Positions 1 through 12,777 of a stretch of DNA of 64,000 nucleotides are shown one piece after another. The notes under the pieces are model-generated. The model made no database searches and was not told the DNA's origin. It saw only the letters and a list, made by a program, of their open reading frames with translations. How positions within the stretch are numbered: position 1 is the stretch's first letter; each line of letters opens with the position of its first letter. Both the position numbers and the translations under genes were made by a program. Source of the DNA: Eledone cirrhosa (taxonomy: Eukaryota); NCBI GenBank assembly GCA_964016885.1, contig OZ024740.1:294190001-294254000 (forward strand), given 5' to 3'.

Positions 1-3000
1 AAGTGGTATTTAACTCTTTCATTATCATATTTCTAAAAAGAATATAACTCCTTTTTGTCTAAAATGGTATTTAACCATTTCATTATCATATTTCTAACAA
101 GAATATACCCCCCTTTCTGTCTAAAATGGTATTTAACCCTTTCATTATCATATTTCTAACAAGAATATACCCCCCCCCTTCTGTCTAAAATGGTATTTAA
201 CCCTTTCATTATCATATTTCTAACAAGAATATAGCCCCTTTTTGTCTAAAATGGTATTTATCCCTTTCATTATCATATTTCTAACAAGAATTAGCCACTT
301 ATTGTCTAAAATGGTGTTTAACCCTTTTATTATCATATTTCTAAATAGAATATAGCCCCTTTCTCTCTAAAATGGTATTTAACCCTTTCATTATCATATT
401 TCTAACAAGAATATACCCACTTTCTGTCTAAAATGGTATTTAAACCTTTAATTATCATATTTCTAACAAGAATATACAACCTTTCTATCTAAAATAGTAT
501 TTAACCCTTTCATTATCATATTTCTAACAAGAATATACCCCCTTTCTGTCTAAAATGGTATTTAATCCTTCATTATCATATTTCTAAATAGAATATACCC
601 CCTTTCTGTCTAAAGTGGCATTTAACCCTTTCATTATCATATTTCTAACAAGAATATATTCCCTTTCTGTCTAAAATGGCATTTAACACGTTCATTATCA
701 TATTTCTAACAAGAATATACCCCCCCCCCTTCTGTCTAAAATGGTATTTAACCCTTTCATCATCATATTTCTAACAAGAATATACCCCCTTTCTTTCTAA
801 AATGGTATTTAACCCTCTCATTATCATATTTCTAACAAGAATATACAACCTTTCTATCTAAAATGGTATTTAAACTTTCATTATCATATTTCTAACAAGA
901 ATATACCCCCTTTCTGTCTAAAATGGTATTTAACCCTTTAATTATCATATTTCTAACAAGAACATACCCCTTTCTGTCTAAAATGGTATTTAACCCTTTC
1001 ATTATCATATTTCTAACAAGAATATACTCATTTTCTGTTTGAAATTATATTTAACCCTTTCTTTATCATATTTCTAACGAGAATATACCCCCTTTCTGTC
1101 TAAAATGGTATTTATCCCTCTCATTATCATATTTCTAACAAGAATATACAACCTTTCTACCTAAATTGTATTTAACCCTTTCATTATCATATTTCTAACA
1201 AGAATATAGCTCGTTTCTGTCTAAAATGGTATTTAACTCTTTCATTATCATATTTCTAACAAGAATATACCCTCTTTCTGTCTTAAATGGTATTTAACCC
1301 TTTCATTATCATATTTCTAACAAGAATATACACCCTTTCTGTCTAAAATGGTATTTAACTCTTTCAATATCATATTTCTAACAAGAATATACCCCCTTTC
1401 TGTCTAAAATGGTATTTAACCCTTTCATTATCATATTTCTAAAAAGAATATACCCCTTTCTGTCTAAAATAGTATTTAACCCTTTCATTATCATATTTCT
1501 AAAAAGAATATACCCCCTTTCTGTCTAAAATGGTAATTAACCCTTTCATTATCATATTTCTAACAAGAATATACCCCCTTTCTGTCTAAAATGGTATGTA
1601 ACCCTTTCATTATCATATTTCTAAAAGAATATACCCTCTTTCTGTCTAAAATGGTATTTAACTCTTTCATTATCATATTTCTAACTAGAATATACCCCTT
1701 TTTGTTTCAAATGGTATGTAACCCTTTCATTATCATATTTCTAACAAGAATATAGCCCTTTCCGTCTAAAATGGTATTTAACTCTTTCATTATCATATTT
1801 CTAACAAGGATATACCCTCTTTCTGTCTTAAATGGTATTTAACTCTTTCATTATCATATTTATAACAAGAATATACCCTCTTTCTGTCTTAAATGGTATT
1901 TAACCCTTTCATTATCATATTTCTAACAAGAATATACAACCTTTCTATTTAAAGTGGTATTTAACCCTTTGATTATCATATTTCTAACAAGAATATACCC
2001 CCTTTCTGTCTAAAATGGTATTTAACTCTTTCAATATAATATTTCTAACAAGAATATACCCCCTTTCTGTCTAAAATGGTATTTAACTCTTTCATTATCA
2101 TATTTATAACAAGAATATACCCCCCCCCTTCTGTCTAAAATGGTATTTAACCCTTTCATTATCATATTTCTAACAAGAATATACCCCCTTTCTGTCTAAA
2201 ATGGTATTTAACCCTTTCATTATCATATTTCTAACAAGAATATACAACCTTTCTATCTAAAATGGTATTTAACCCTTTCATTATCATATTTCTAACAGGA
2301 ATATACCTTTTTTTGTCTAAACTGGTATTTAACCCATTCATTATCATATTTCTAACAAGAATATAGCCACTTTCTGTCAAAAATGGTATTTAACCCTTTC
2401 ATTATCATAATTCTAACAAGAATATACCCCCTTTCTTTCTAAAATGGTATTTAACTCTTTCATTATCATATTTCTAACAAGAATATACCCCTTTTTGTCT
2501 AAAATAGTATTTAACCCTTTCATTATCATATTTCTAACAAGAATATACCCCTTTTCTGTCTAAAATGGTATTTACCCTTTCATTATCATATTTCTAACAA
2601 GAATATACAACCTTTCTAACAAAAATGGTATTTAACCCTTTCATTATCATATATCTAACAGGAATATACCTTTTTTTGTCTAAACTGGTATTTAACCCTT
2701 TCATTATCATATTTCTAACAAGAATATACCCCCTTTCTGTCTAAAATGGTATGTAACCCTTTCATTATCATATTTCTAAAAGAATATACCCCCTTTCTGT
2801 CTAAAATGGTATTTAACTCTTTATTTATCATATTTCTAACAAGAATATACCCCTTTTTGTTTCAAATGGTATTTAACCCTTTCATTATCATATTTCTAAC
2901 AAGAATATAGCCCTTTCTGTCTAAAATGGTATTTAACTCTTCCATTATCATATATTTCTAACAAGAATATACCCCCTTTCTGTCTAAAATGTTATTTAAC

Positions 3001-5355
3001 CCTTTCATTATCATATTTCTAACAAGAATATACCCTTTTTCTGTCTAAAGTGTATTTAACACTTTCATCATCATATTTCTAACAGGAATATACCCCCGTT
3101 GTGTCTAAAATGGTATTTAACTCTTGCATTATCATATTTATAACAAGAATATACCCCTCTTTTTCTAAAATGGTATTTAACTCATTCATTATCATATTTC
3201 AAACAAGAATATACCCCTTTCTGTCTAAAATGGTATTTAACCCTTTCATTATCATATTTCTAACAAGAATATACCACTTTTCTGTCTAAAATGGTATTTA
3301 ACCCTTTCATTATCATATTTCTAACAAGGATATAGCCCCTTTCTCTCCCAAATGGTTTTTAACTCTTTCATTATCATATTTCTAACTAGAATATAACCCC
3401 TTTTCTGTCTGAAATGGTATTTAACTCTTTCATTATCATATTTCTAACAAGAATATACAACCTTTCTATCTAAAATGGTATTTAAATCTTTCATTATCAT
3501 ATTTCTAACAAGAATATATCCCCTTTCTCTCTAAAATGGTATTAACCCTTTCATTATCATATTTCTAACAAGAATATACAACCTTTCTATCTAAAATGGT
3601 ATTTAACCCTTTCATTATCATATTTCAAACAAGAATATAGACAGTTTCTGTCTAAAATGGTATTTAACTCTTTCATTATCATATTTCTAACAAGAATATA
3701 CCCCCTTTCTGTCTAAAATGGTATTTAACCCTTTCATTATCATATTTCTAACAAGAATATACCCCTTTCTGTCTAAAATGGTATGTAACCCTTTCATTAT
3801 CATATTTCTAACAAGAATATACTCCTTTTCTGTCTGAAATGGTATTTAACCCTTTCTTTATCATATTTCTAACGAGAATATACCCCCTTTCTGTCTAAAA
3901 TGGTATTAAAACTTTCATTATCATATTTCTAACAAGACTATACCCCCTTTCTGTCTAAAATGGTATTTAACTCTTTCATTATCATATTTCTAACGAGAAT
4001 ATACCCCCTTTCTCTCTTAAATGGTATTTAACCCTTTCAATATCATATTTATAACAAGAATATACCCCCTTTCTGTCTAAAATGGTACTTAACTCTTTCA
4101 TTATTATATTTATAAAAAGAATATATCCCCTTTCTGTCTAAAATGTTATGTAACCCTTTCATTATCATATTTCTAACAAGAATATACAACCTTTCTATCT
4201 AAAATGGTATTTAACCTTTTCATTATCATATTTCTAACAGGAATATACCTTTTTTTGTCTAAACTGGTATTTAACCCTTTCATTATCATATTTCTAACAA
4301 GAATATAGCCAATTTCTGTCTAAAATGGTATTTAACCCTTTCATTATCATATTTCTAACAAGAATATACCCCCTTTCTGTCTAAAATGGTATTTAACTCT
4401 TTCATTATCATATTTCTAACAAGAATATACCCCTTTTTGTCTAAAATAGTATTTAACCCTTTCATTATCATATTTCTAAAAAGAACATACCCCCTTTCTG
4501 TCTAAAATGCTATTTAACCCTTTCATTATCATATTTCTAACAAGAATATACAACCTTTCTATCTAAAATGGTATTTAACCCTTTCATTATCATATTTCTA
4601 ACAAGAATATACCCCTTTTCTGTCTAAAATGGTATTTAACCCTTTCATTATCATATTTCTAAAAGAATATACCCCCTTTCTGTCTAAAATGGTATCTATC
4701 TCTTTCATTATCATATTTCTAACAAAAATATACACCTTTTTGTCTAAACTGGTATTTAACCCTTTCATTATCATATTTCTAAATACAATATACCCCTTTC
4801 TGTCTAAAATGTTATTTAACCCTTTCATTATCATATTTCTAACAAGAATATACCACCCCCCTTCTGTATAAAATGTTATTTAACCCTTTCATTATCATAT
4901 TCCTAACAAGAATATACCCTCTTTCTGTCTAAAATGGTATTTAACTCTTTCATTATCATATTTCTAACAAGAATATACCCCTTTTTGTCTAAAATAGTAT
5001 TTAACCCTTTCATTATCATATTTCTAAAAAGAATATACCCCCTTTCTGTCTAAAATGCTATTTAACCCTTTCATTACCATATTTCTAACAAGAATATACA
5101 ACCTTTCTGTCTAAAATGGTATCTATCTCTTTCATTATCATATTTCTAACAAAAATATACACCTTTTTGTCTAAAATGGTATTTAACCCTTTTATTATCA
5201 TAATTCTCACAAGAATATACCCCCTTTCTGTCTAAAATGGTATTTAACCCTTTCATTATCATATTTCTAACAAGAATATACCCCCTTTTTGTCGAAAATG
5301 GTATTTAACTCTTTCATTATAATATTTCTAACAAGAATATACTCCTTTTGTCAAA

Positions 5356-5543
5356 GGGCGGTGGATTGGCAGTATCGGTAGAGGGTCGGACGACATGCTT
5401 TCCAGCATAGTTACGTCCCTTTATGATCTGTGTTCAAATCCCGCCGAGGTTGACTTTGCCTTTCATCCTTACGAGGTCGATGAAATAAAGTACCAGTAAC
5501 GCACTGGGTAATTGCTGGCTTTGTGCCTAAAGTAGAAACAATT
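5356..5543 (+). mobile_element. tRNA-derived SINE (family A) inserted in the satellite
   Basis: Head GGCGGTGGATTGGCAGTATCGG (A-box-like), B-box-like GTTCAAATCC, ends AGTAGAAACAATT. Many copies occur in the window. Confidence 0.9.
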
Positions 5544-7606
5544 ATCATATTTCTAACAAGAATATACGCCCTTTCTGTCTAAAATGATATTTAACTCTTT
5601 CATTATCATATTTCTGTCATGAATATACCCCTTTTTCTCTAAAATGGTATTTAACTCTTCCATTATCATATTTCTAACAAGAATATACCCCCTTTCTGTC
5701 TAAAATGGTACTTCACTCTTTCATTATCATATTTCTCACAAGAATAATCCCTTTTTTGTCTAAAATGGTATTTAACCCTTTCATTATCATATTTCGAACA
5801 AGAATATACCCCCACCCCCTTCTGTCTAAAATGGTATTTAACCCTTTCATTATCATATTTCTAACAGGAATATACCCCTTTTTGTCTAAAATGGTATTTA
5901 ACCCTTTCATTATCATATTTCTAACAAGAATATACAACCTTTCTATCTAAAATGGTATTTAACCCTTTAATTATCATATTTCTAACAGGAATATACCCCT
6001 TTTTGTCTAAAATGGTATTTAACCCTTTTATTATCATATTTCTAACAAGAATATAGCCACTTTCTGTCTAAAATGGTATTTAACCCTTTCATTACCATAT
6101 TTCTAACAAGAATAATCCCTTTTTGTCTAAAATGGTATTTAACCCTTTCATTATCATATTTCTCACAAGAATATAGCCCCCCCCCCCTTCTGTCTACAAT
6201 GGTATTTAACCCTTTCATTATCATATTTCTAACCAGAATATACCCCCTTTCTGTCTAAAATGGTATTTAACCCTTTCATTATCATATTTCTAACAAGAAT
6301 ATACAACCTTTCTATCTAAAATGGTATTTAACCCTTTCATTATGATATTTTTAACAGGAGTATACCCCTTTTTGTCTAAAATGGTATTTAACCCTTTCAT
6401 TATCATATTTCTAACAAGAATATACACCCTTTCTTTCTAAAATGGTATTTAACCCTTTCATTATCATATTTCTAACAAGAATATACAACCTTTCTATCTA
6501 AAATGGTATTTAACCCTTTCATTATCATATTATTAACAAGAATATACCCCCTTTCTGTCTAAAATGGTATTTAACCCTTTCATTATCATATTTCTAACGA
6601 GAATATACCCCTCCCTTCTGTCTGAAATGGTATTTAACCCTTTCATTATCATATTACTAACAAGAATATACCCCCTTTCTGTCTAAAATGGTATTTAACT
6701 CTTTCATTATCATATTTCTAACAAGAATATACCCCTTTTTGTCTAAAATAGTATTTAACCCTTTCATTATCATATTTCTAAAAAGAATATACACCCTTTC
6801 TGTCTAAAATGGTATTTAACCCTTTCATTATCATATTTCTAACATGAATAATCCCTTTTTGTCTAAAATGGTATTTAACCCTTTCATTATCATATTTCTC
6901 ACAAGAATATACCCCCCCCCCCTTCTGTCTACAATGGTATTTAACCCTTTCATTATCACATTTCTAACCAGAATATACCCCCTTTCTGTCTAAAATGGTA
7001 TTTAACCCTTTCATTATCATATTTCTAACAAGAATATACAACCTTTCTATCTAAAATGGTATTTAACCCTTTCATTATCATATTTTTAACAGGAGTATAC
7101 CCCTTTTTGTCTAAAATGGTATTTAACCCTTTCATTATCATATTTCTAACAAGAATATACGCCCTTTCTTTCTAAAATGGTATTTAACCCTTTCATTATC
7201 ATATTTCTAACAAGAATATACAACCTTTCTATCTAAAATGGTATTTAACCCTTTCATTATCATATTATTAACAAGAATATACCCCCTTTCTGTCTAAAAT
7301 GGTATTTAACCCTTTCATTATCATATTTCTAACGAGAATACACCCCCCCCCCCTTCTGTCTGAAATGGTATTTAACCCTTTCATTATCATATTTCTAAAA
7401 GAATATACCCCCTTTCTGTCTAAAATGGTATTTAACTCTTTCATTATCATATTTCTAACAAGAATATACCCCTTTTTGTTTAAAATGGTATTTAACCCTT
7501 TCATTATCATATTTCTAACAAGAATATACCACCCCCCTTCTGTCTAAAATGGTATTTAACCATTTCATTATACTATTTCTAACAAAAATATACTCCTTTT
7601 GTCAAA

Positions 7607-7794
7607 GGGCGGTGGATTGGCAGTATCGGTAGAGGGTCGGACGCCATGCTTTCCAGAATAGTTACGTCCCTTTACGATCTGAGTTCAAATCCCGCCGAGG
7701 TTGACTTTGCCTTTCATCCTTACGGGGTCGATGAATTAAAGTACCAGTAACGCACTGGGTAATTGCTGGCCTTGTGCCTAAAGTAGAAACAATT
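7607..7794 (+). mobile_element. tRNA-derived SINE (family A) inserted in the satellite
   Basis: Near-identical sequence and the same junctions as 5356-5543. Confidence 0.9.
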
Positions 7795-9965
7795 ATCATA
7801 TTTCTAACAAGAATATATTCGCTTTCTGTCTAAATGGTATTTAACACTTTCATTATCATATGTCTAACAAGAATATACCCCTTTCTGTCTAAAATGGTAT
7901 TTAACCCTTACATTATTATATTTCTCACAAGAATATACCCCCTTTCTGTCTAAAATGGTATTTAACCCTTTCATTATCATATTTCTAACAAGAATATATC
8001 CCTTTTTGTCTAAAATGGTATTTAACTCTTTCATTATCATATTTCTAACAAGAATATTCCCCCTTTCTGTCTAAAATGGTATTTAACCCTTTCATTATCA
8101 TATTTCTAACAAGAATATACCCCCTTTCTGTCTAAAATGGTATTTAACCCTTTCATTATCATATTGCTAACAAGAATATACCCCCTTTCTGTCTAAAATG
8201 GTATTTAACTCTTTCATTATCATATTTCTCACAAGAATAATCCCTTTTTTGTCTAAAATGGTATTTAACCCTTTCATTATCATATTTCTAACAAGAATAT
8301 ACACCCTTTCTGTCTAAAATGGTATTTAACCCTTTCATTATCATATTTCTAACAAGAATAAACCCCCTTTCTGTCTAAAATGGTATTTAACCCTTTCATT
8401 ATCATATTTCTAACAAGAATATACCCCCTTTCTGTCTAAAATGGTATTTAACCCTTTCATTATCATATTGCTAACAAGAATATACCCCCTTTCTGTCTAA
8501 AATGGTATTTAACTCTTTCATTATCATATTTCTCACAAGAATAATCCCTTTTTTGTCTAAAATGGTATTTAACCCTTTCATTATCATATTTCGAACAAGA
8601 ATATACACCCTTTCTGTCTAAAATGGTATTTAACCCTTTCATTATCATATTTCTAACAAGAATAAACCCCCTTTCTGTCTAAAATGGTATTTAACCCTTT
8701 CATTATCATATTTCTAACAAGAATATACCCCCTTTCTGTCTAAAATGGTATTTAACCCTTTCATTATCATATTTCTAACAAGAATATACCCCTTTTTGTC
8801 TAAAATGGTATTTAACTCTTTCATTATCATATTTCTAACAAGAATATACCCCCCTTTCTGTCTAAAATGGTATTTAACCCTTTCATTATCATATTTCTAA
8901 CAAGAATATACCCCCTTTCTGTCTAAAATGGTATTTAACCCTTTCATTATCATATTTCTAACAAGAATATACCCCCTTTCTGTCTAAAATGGTATTTAAC
9001 TCTTTCATTATCATATTTCTCACAAGAATAATCCCTTTTTTGTCTAAAATGGTATTTAACCCTTTCATTATCATATTTCGAACAAGAATATACACCCTTT
9101 CTGTCTAAAATGGTATTTAACCCTTTCATTATCATATTTCTAACAAGAATATACCCCCTTTCTGTCTAAAATGGTATTTAACCCTTTCATTATTATATTT
9201 CTAACAAGAATATACCCCTTTCTGTCTAAAATGGTACTTAACCCTTTCATTATCATATTTCTAACAAGAATATACCCCCTTTCTGTCTAAAATGGTATTT
9301 AACTCTTTCATTATCATATTTCTCACAAGAATAATCCCTTTTTTGTCTAAAATGGTATTTAACCCTTTCATTATCATATTTCTAACAAGAATATACCCCC
9401 TTTCTGTCTAAAATGGTATTTATCTCTTTCATTATCATATTTCTAAATAGAATATACCCCTTTTTGTCTAAAATGGTATTTAACCCTTTCATTATTATAT
9501 TTCTAACAAGAATATACCCTTTTCTGTCTAAAATGGTACTTAACCCTTTCATTATAATATTTCTAATAAGAATATACCCCCTTTCTGTCTAAAATGGTAT
9601 TTAACCCTTTCAATATCATATTTCTAACAAGAATATACCCCTTTTTGTCTAAAATGGTATTTACCTCTTTCATTATTATATTTCTAACAAGAATATACCC
9701 CTTTTCTCTCTAAAATGGTATTTCACCCTTTCATTATCATATTTCTAACAAGAATATACACCCTTTCTTTCTAAAATGGTATTTAACCCTTTCATTATCA
9801 TATTTCTAACAAGAATATACCCCCTTTCTGTCTAAAATGGTATTTAACCCTTTCATTATCATATTTCTAACAAGAATATACCCCCTTTCTGTCTAAAATG
9901 GTATTTAACCCTTTCTTTATCATATTTCTAACAAGAATATACCCCCTTTCTATCTCAAATGGTAT

Positions 9966-10214
9966 TTAACTCTTTCATTATCATATTTCTAACAAGAATA
10001 TAACCCCTTTCTGTTTTAATTATCAAAATAATCGACAATTATGAGAAGTTTAATGAAATAGCGAAATTGCAATTTAATAACAACAGACAAATATCTAACA
10101 AGTGAAATCAAATATTATCTGGTATGTAGTTATGAGATTTCAGTCTGAAGTTTAAATTTAAAATTGAACCCTTTAATAGAGGAAGTTTGAGATGTTTGGT
10201 ACTTAAAGGGTTAA
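9966..10214. mobile_element. piggyBac-type MITE (TTAA-flanked) whose left end is the last satellite monomer
   Basis: Left end TTAACTCTTTCATTATC (satellite consensus TTAACCCTTTCATTATC). Right end GGTACTTAAAGGGTTAA, whose reverse complement is TTAACCCTTTAAGTACC. Confidence 0.7.
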
Positions 10215-10285
10215 AATACTAAAACTATACAGATCTATTGTGTAGATCTGAATATATGACTGTGTTTAAGAATGTTTAGTTCTAA

Positions 10286-10645
10286 CATCATCATCATCGT
10301 TTAATATCCACTTACCTTGCTAGCAAGGGTTGGACGAGTCTACATAGACCTAGTCAATACTGAAGCAGTGCGACTGACATCCCAGACAGACCAGGGAGGT
10401 CTGTATCCCTCTTACATACAGTCAATATTGAGTGCAGAGGTGAAGTTGTCATGTCATTTGACACAAACTGAAAGATTCTCCTAACCCCTCGTTTGGCAAG
10501 CTTTCAAGGCTGAATGCCCTTCTTAAAACCAACCACTCTATAGCGTGTACTGGGTGCTTTTATTGTGTAGATCACCAGTACTAGGGAGGGTGTCATATCC
10601 TTGACATAACTAAAGGATCTTCCCAACCCTTTGTTTGGCAAGCTC
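10286..10645 (-). mobile_element. Degenerate RTE-LINE-related 3' end or short element with (GAT)n tail
   Basis: CATCATCATCGTTTAATATCCAC...GCTAGCAAGGGTTGGACG matches the reverse complement of the LINE 3' end at 17700-17787. Confidence 0.6.
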
Positions 10646-10974
10646 TCTACAAACAATTTATATCAATGTACAAATAAGAAGATACCTATGATAAAATATA
10701 TAGTATTGATTGAAAACATTTTTTGGACTATTCCCCACACATTTTATTTATTTAGTTTTTCTTCATCTGTTTTCCATTATTATCAAATACCAAATATATT
10801 TGGCCGTAGGACATATGCCATTTATAAGCTTAGTTTTAGTTTTTAATATCCATGCAACAGGTGCAGGGACAATTTAACCATAAAGTCAATTATTTTAATT
10901 ATTTTGGTATATTTATTTTAATTATTTTTTATAATTCTTCCAGCATTGACTATGTTAACACTAATTAAAGGCAA

Positions 10975-11450
10975 GGGCATGGCTGTTTGGTTACGATGTT
11001 TGCTTTATAACCACATGATTTTCAGTTTGATCCTGCTGCATAGCACCTTAGGCAAATGTCTTTTGTGATTTAATTTAATAGATGGAAACTCTACAGAAAC
11101 TGTTGTGCAGTCACTTTAGCTCCGGATCCCTCAGCTGACACACCACAGTATCCCTACTCACTAAATCCTCTGGCACACCCAACCTTGTTTTCTTCTCCCT
11201 TGTGGGACTATATATTAATGTCATGAGTTCGATTCCTGGGCTAGGTTGCATGTTGAGTTCTTGAGCAGAACACTTCATTTCATGTTGCTCCAGTATACTC
11301 AGCTGAAAATGAGTACCAGCAGTAGCTGGGAGTTTAACCTTGCAATATACTGGCGTCCTATCCTGGGGGAAGTCTTGTACTCTCAGTTGCTTCAAGCTAT
11401 GACACTGGGATAAGCACCAGTCTAACAAGCCTTAAATGGCTTAACACAGA
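10975..11450 (+). mobile_element. Two degenerate tRNA-derived SINE remnants (other families)
   Basis: tRNA-like head GGCATGGCTGTTTGGTTA...GTTTGATCC near 10977 and B-box GAGTTCGATTCC near 11226. Similar sequence occurs at 28846-29160 and 48440-48640. Confidence 0.5.
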
Positions 11451-11452
11451 CT

Positions 11453-11810
11453 TTAGGCTTTAGACTTAGTAAGATTATATGCTTTATTGCTATCTAAAGG
11501 CACAAAGCCTACATGCAGTTTCAGGTTGAATTCAGCAGACAGCTCTCCCAGAATTCTCTGACAACACTTGGTTATCTTCTCTGAGGACCCTTTTGTTCCC
11601 TCTCTCTTCTCATCTATGGTCACTGATCTCACCCATCCCAGTGCCATAGACAAATCAATTTGAATCTCAACAGTGTACAGCATGGTCAGATTCCTGTTTT
11701 CAGCAAAGCATCTACTTCTGCAACATTACAATGATTACAATGAGCCTTCTTCCTAAACCATGCTATATCTTCTATTTCAACACCTATTTCTAGAACAACC
11801 CCTAATCCTT
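11453..11810 (-). pseudogene. Decayed LTR-retrotransposon (Gypsy-like) RNase H fragment
   Basis: Frameshifted translation GVVLEIG..IEDIAWFRKK..HCNVAEVDALLK / ..GWVRSV..ILGELSAEFNLKLHVGFVP..SNKAYNLTK resembles the retroelement RNase H motifs (HIN.AELDA, N.AD.LTR). Confidence 0.65.
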
Positions 11811-11887
11811 TATTACTAATGTTGTACCATATGTACAAATATACATATGTATATATTTGTATATGTATACATATATATATATATATA

Positions 11888-11988
11888 CAGGGTGTTCCAA
11901 AAGAATGTATACACACTTCAAGAGCATTCTAATAAATATTGCCTGTACAGGTAATCAAAGTATGTATACATTTTTGGGGGACACACTG
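11888..11988. mobile_element. Tc1/mariner-type MITE (~100 bp)
   Basis: TA|CAGGGTGTTCCAAAAGAATGTATACACACTT ... AAGTATGTATACATTTTTGGGGGACACACTG|TA: imperfect TIRs with TA flanks. Confidence 0.75.
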
Positions 11989-12097
11989 TATACATGTGTG
12001 TGTGTGTGTGTGTGTGTATGAGTATATAGCACATATCCATAGGTGTGAAAAGGAAAAAGGAAAACAGTGCTCAATCGGCAAGAGAGCAGAAATATTA

Positions 12098-12278
12098 TAT
12101 TATTTATTTATGTTCATACACAGAACAAAAGCGCCCCCCAAGGTTTTATAAACTTGTATAAGCGCCTGAAGAAAGGTCACTAATTTGATACCTCTTGTAT
12201 TCTACAGGTATGGTCAAATTTGGGCCTTGAAACCTTGGGTAGCGCTTTTGTTCTGTGTATGAACATAAATAAATAATA
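12098..12278. repeat. Inverted repeat, arms 12098-12146 and 12230-12278 (Penelope-like pLTR-type structure)
   Basis: TATTATTTATTTATGTTCATACACAGAACAAAAGCGC..CCCAAGGTTT versus AAACCTTGGG..GCGCTTTTGTTCTGTGTATGAACATAAATAAATAATA. Confidence 0.9.
12160..12247 (+). ncRNA. Type I hammerhead ribozyme motif, intact core
   Basis: Stem I AAGCGC/GCGCTT; core CTGAAGA 12166-12172; stem II AAGGTC/GGCCTT extended by AATTTGA/TCAAATT and TACCT/AGGTA; GAAA 12229-12232; stem III ACC-TTG-GGT; cleavage triplet GTA ending at 12241. Confidence 0.8.
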
Positions 12279-12392
12279 GAGTTCAAATCCCGCTGAGGTT
12301 AACTTTGCCTTTCATCCTTATGGGGTCGATAAAATAAAGTACCAGTAATGCACTGGGTAATTGCTGGCCTTGTGCCAAAAGTAGAAACAATT
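12279..12392 (+). mobile_element. 5'-truncated SINE family A
   Basis: Runs from the B-box GAGTTCAAATCC to AGTAGAAACAATT. Confidence 0.85.
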
Positions 12393-12582
12393 ATATATAT
12401 ATATATATAGTTTTACAAATAGTTTTATCGCTCTACATAACTGAATACAATAAATGTAATGAGTTTTTCGAATATTAATAATAATATTCGATTCATTTGC
12501 AATTATGCAAACAGCCTCTTTAAAGCCATGTAAGTAGAATGACTCCGTCATTCTTGCTCTTGTGTTGGCATATAAACAGAAC

Positions 12583-12624
12583 GGCAGACACTAATGTTCA
12601 GGGTGATTACCCTTCATCATTACC
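12583..12624 (-). ncRNA. Degenerate minimal hammerhead motif
   Basis: Minus strand GGTA-ATGATGA-AGGGT-aatc-ACCCT-GAAC-ATTAGT-GTC-TGCC. Stems I-III are present, but the core has C>A and lacks one A. Confidence 0.45.
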
Positions 12625-12727
12625 GTATACTGCTTACCTGCCAACTGTCAGAGCTAGTGAAAATATATGATATTTTCTTAAATATACTGTGACTGATTGG
12701 CCTGATTTGCATATTAGCAGTGTGTGT

Positions 12728-12777
<50 letters not shown>

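Larger units (their letters stand above)
1..10010. repeat. Tandem satellite, ~60-61 bp monomer, about 160 copies; runs off the window start
   Basis: Consensus CTAAAATGGTATTTAACCCTTTCATTATCATATTTCTAACAAGAATATACCCCCTTTCTGT repeats continuously with a variable poly-C tract. The ORFs called here are repeat artefacts. Confidence 0.98.

Noticed and set aside
5356-5450. tRNA gene
   Set aside because: A and B boxes are present, but there is no cloverleaf. The body continues into a SINE tail and copies have TSDs.
1-10010. CRISPR-like array or repeat-protein ORFs (MVFNPFIIIFLTRIYP..)
   Set aside because: Monomers are contiguous with no unique spacers, there are no cas genes and the context is eukaryotic. 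The ORFs arise from the 60 bp period.
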